NCBI GenBank assembly: GCA_963676395.1
Contig: OY781066.1
Location: 736,001 to 800,000, forward strand
Reading direction: 5' to 3'
Length of the DNA stretch: 64,000 nt
Source: a bacterium
GTDB taxonomy: Bacteria; Fidelibacterota; Fidelibacteria; Fidelibacterales; Fidelibacteraceae
Both the position numbers and the translations under genes were made by a program. The notes below the pieces were generated by a model that searched no databases, was not told the DNA's origin, and worked only from the letters and a program-made list of their open reading frames with translations. Shown piece by piece: positions 62,423-64,000 of the stretch. Numbering within the stretch: position 1 is the first letter of the stretch; every line of letters begins with the position of its first letter.

Positions 62423-62833
62423 ATGGACAGAATTTCTAAAGCAAGAAGAAGTGCTAATATGAGCAGAATCAGGTCTAAAAATACTAAACCTGAATTACTC
62501 GTTAGAAAAGCTTTATGGAGCTTAGGATATAGGTACAGAATACATTATAAAGAATTGCCAGGAAAACCGGACATTGCTTTAACCAGGCTAAAGATTGCTA
62601 TTTTTGTCCACGGATGTTTCTGGCACAGGCATAAGAATTGCATCGAAGCTTCAAAGCCAAAAACAAATTCTGAGTTTTGGGAAAACAAAATACGTATGAA
62701 CATTGAAAGAGATAAGCGAAATATATCCCTAATTAAGGATTTGGGCTGGAAAGTTATTGTAGTTTGGGAATGCGAATTGAAAAATGATTTGGATATAAAT
62801 AGAAAATTGTTGGAGAGGTTAATTGATGAGTAA
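62423..62833 (+). CDS. vsr: Very short patch repair endonuclease
   Basis: RSANMSRIRSKNTKPE, LPGKPD, FVHGCFWH, NIERD, VWECE. Confidence 0.96.
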   Translation: MDRISKARRSANMSRIRSKNTKPELLVRKALWSLGYRYRIHYKELPGKPDIALTRLKIAIFVHGCFWHRHKNCIEASKPKTNSEFWENKIRMNIERDKRNISLIKDLGWKVIVVWECELKNDLDINRKLLERLIDE

Positions 62834-63929
62834 AATTTCTGTTTTTTCTTTTTTTTCAGGTAGTGGCTTGCTTGATTTAGGATTCGAAGATGCTGGTTTA
62901 GAAACTGTTTTTGTAAATGAATATCATAAACCTTTTTTAGATGCTTATAAATATGCACGAAATAATATTGGTTATAAAGAACCAAAGTATGGTTATTCTG
63001 AATCAGACATCAATAATTATCTTGCAAAAGAAAATCAGAAATTCTTTATTGACGCTATTAACAAAGAACATTCTTTAAACCGGATTATTGGTTTTATTGG
63101 CGGTCCTCCCTGTCCTGATTTCTCAGTAGGTGGCAAAAACAGAGGTCGCCATGGGGATAATGGAAAACTTAGTGAAATATATATCGACCTTGTGTGTTCT
63201 CTAAAACCTGATTTTGTTTTATTTGAAAATGTAAAAGGACTTTGGAGAACAAAAAGACATCGTGAATTTTATGAAGAAATTAAAACTAAGCTACAGAATT
63301 CAGGTTATGTGACAACGGAAAAACTTGTTAATTCAATTGAATTTGGTGCTCCCCAGGATAGAGACCGAATCCTTTTATTTAGTATTAGAAAAGAAATTCT
63401 ATCTAATATTAATCAAATCAATAGCTTTGATTGGGATAAGTCAAAAATCTATGATAAAAAGAACATATTTTCTTTACCATGGCCCAAAACAAACAAATTT
63501 GGAAAAAAAATAAACAAACCTGATGGTCTTCCTGAAGAACTGATGATTGATCACTGGTTTAAAAAAAACAATGTCTTAAATCACCCCAATGCGAAAGATC
63601 ACTTTCAACCAAGATCCGGGCTAATCAGATTTCAAACTATTGACGAAGGAGACGTTTCAAAAAAATCTTATAAACGATTACATCGATACAGATATTCACC
63701 AACTGCAGCATACGGAAATAATGAAGTCCATTTGCACCCAACTAAGGAACGTCGAATCAGTGTTTCAGAGGCGCTTTCAATACAAAGTTTACCAAAAGAA
63801 TTTGTTCTGCCCCCGGAAATGAGCTTAACAAATAAATTTAAAACAATAGGTAATGGGGTACCATATTTACTATCAAAAGGAATTGCCAACTCGATAAAAG
63901 ACTTCATTACAAAAGTTGAAAAAGGGTAA
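62823..63929 (+). CDS. DNA (cytosine-5)-methyltransferase
   Basis: FFSGSG (motif I), GGPPCPDFS (IV), FENVKG (VI), QDRDRI (VIII), RRISVSE (IX), IGNGVP (X). Confidence 0.96.
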   Translation: MMSKISVFSFFSGSGLLDLGFEDAGLETVFVNEYHKPFLDAYKYARNNIGYKEPKYGYSESDINNYLAKENQKFFIDAINKEHSLNRIIGFIGGPPCPDFSVGGKNRGRHGDNGKLSEIYIDLVCSLKPDFVLFENVKGLWRTKRHREFYEEIKTKLQNSGYVTTEKLVNSIEFGAPQDRDRILLFSIRKEILSNINQINSFDWDKSKIYDKKNIFSLPWPKTNKFGKKINKPDGLPEELMIDHWFKKNNVLNHPNAKDHFQPRSGLIRFQTIDEGDVSKKSYKRLHRYRYSPTAAYGNNEVHLHPTKERRISVSEALSIQSLPKEFVLPPEMSLTNKFKTIGNGVPYLLSKGIANSIKDFITKVEKG

Positions 63930-63933
63930 TAAT

Positions 63934-64000
63934 ATGAAAATTTCTGCAGGGAATTTAGTTAGCTATATTAACCAGCTTGATAAGAACACTGCCTATAATT
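63934..64000 (+). CDS. 5' fragment of a gene after the methyltransferase, possibly the cognate restriction component
   Basis: ATG 4 nt after the MTase stop, open to the window edge (MKISAGNLVSYINQLDKNTAYN). Function inferred from context only. Confidence 0.4.
   Translation, partial: MKISAGNLVSYINQLDKNTAYN

Noticed and set aside
57600..64000. Prophage or integrative element
   Set aside because: No integrase, transposase, phage structural gene, tRNA target or att duplication is visible within the window.

Overview
Gene-dense bacterial chromosomal segment, AT-rich overall. It is most consistent with a non-Bacteroidota FCB-group organism such as Marinimicrobia (inference). The basis is secreted proteins ending in 'NYPNPFNP' sorting-type domains, an AmgK-RapZ fusion, and canonical sigma70 TTGxxx-N17-TAwATT promoters. 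Housekeeping genes are ychF-like, tig-clpP-clpX, a stand-alone groEL, cdd-udk-tdk, nupC, ppdK, mutL, proBA and pfkA. Cell-envelope genes are an AmgK/MurU-like pair, an EnvC-like protein, a lipoprotein serpin, two secreted multidomain proteins and DUF4159-DUF4175-TPR. There is also a low-GC Wzx/Wzy polysaccharide cluster containing a D-glucuronyl C5-epimerase homologue. The right end (57.8-64 kb) is a defence-island-like region. On the minus strand it runs HTH-Panacea(DUF4065) antitoxin, RelE-like toxin, putative HEPN protein, truncated HAD phosphatase, AAA/DUF4143 ATPase preceded by three 33-bp-spaced palindromic boxes, and an intact HAD phosphatase. Divergently it carries vsr, a C5 methyltransferase and the start of a third gene. 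Intergenic DNA holds several repeat families, including a 15-bp palindrome (CAACCGAGTCGGTTG) arrayed with a 25-bp period at two loci. No rRNA, tRNA, CRISPR-cas, integrase or transposase was recognised. All family assignments come from motif recognition by eye, not database searches.
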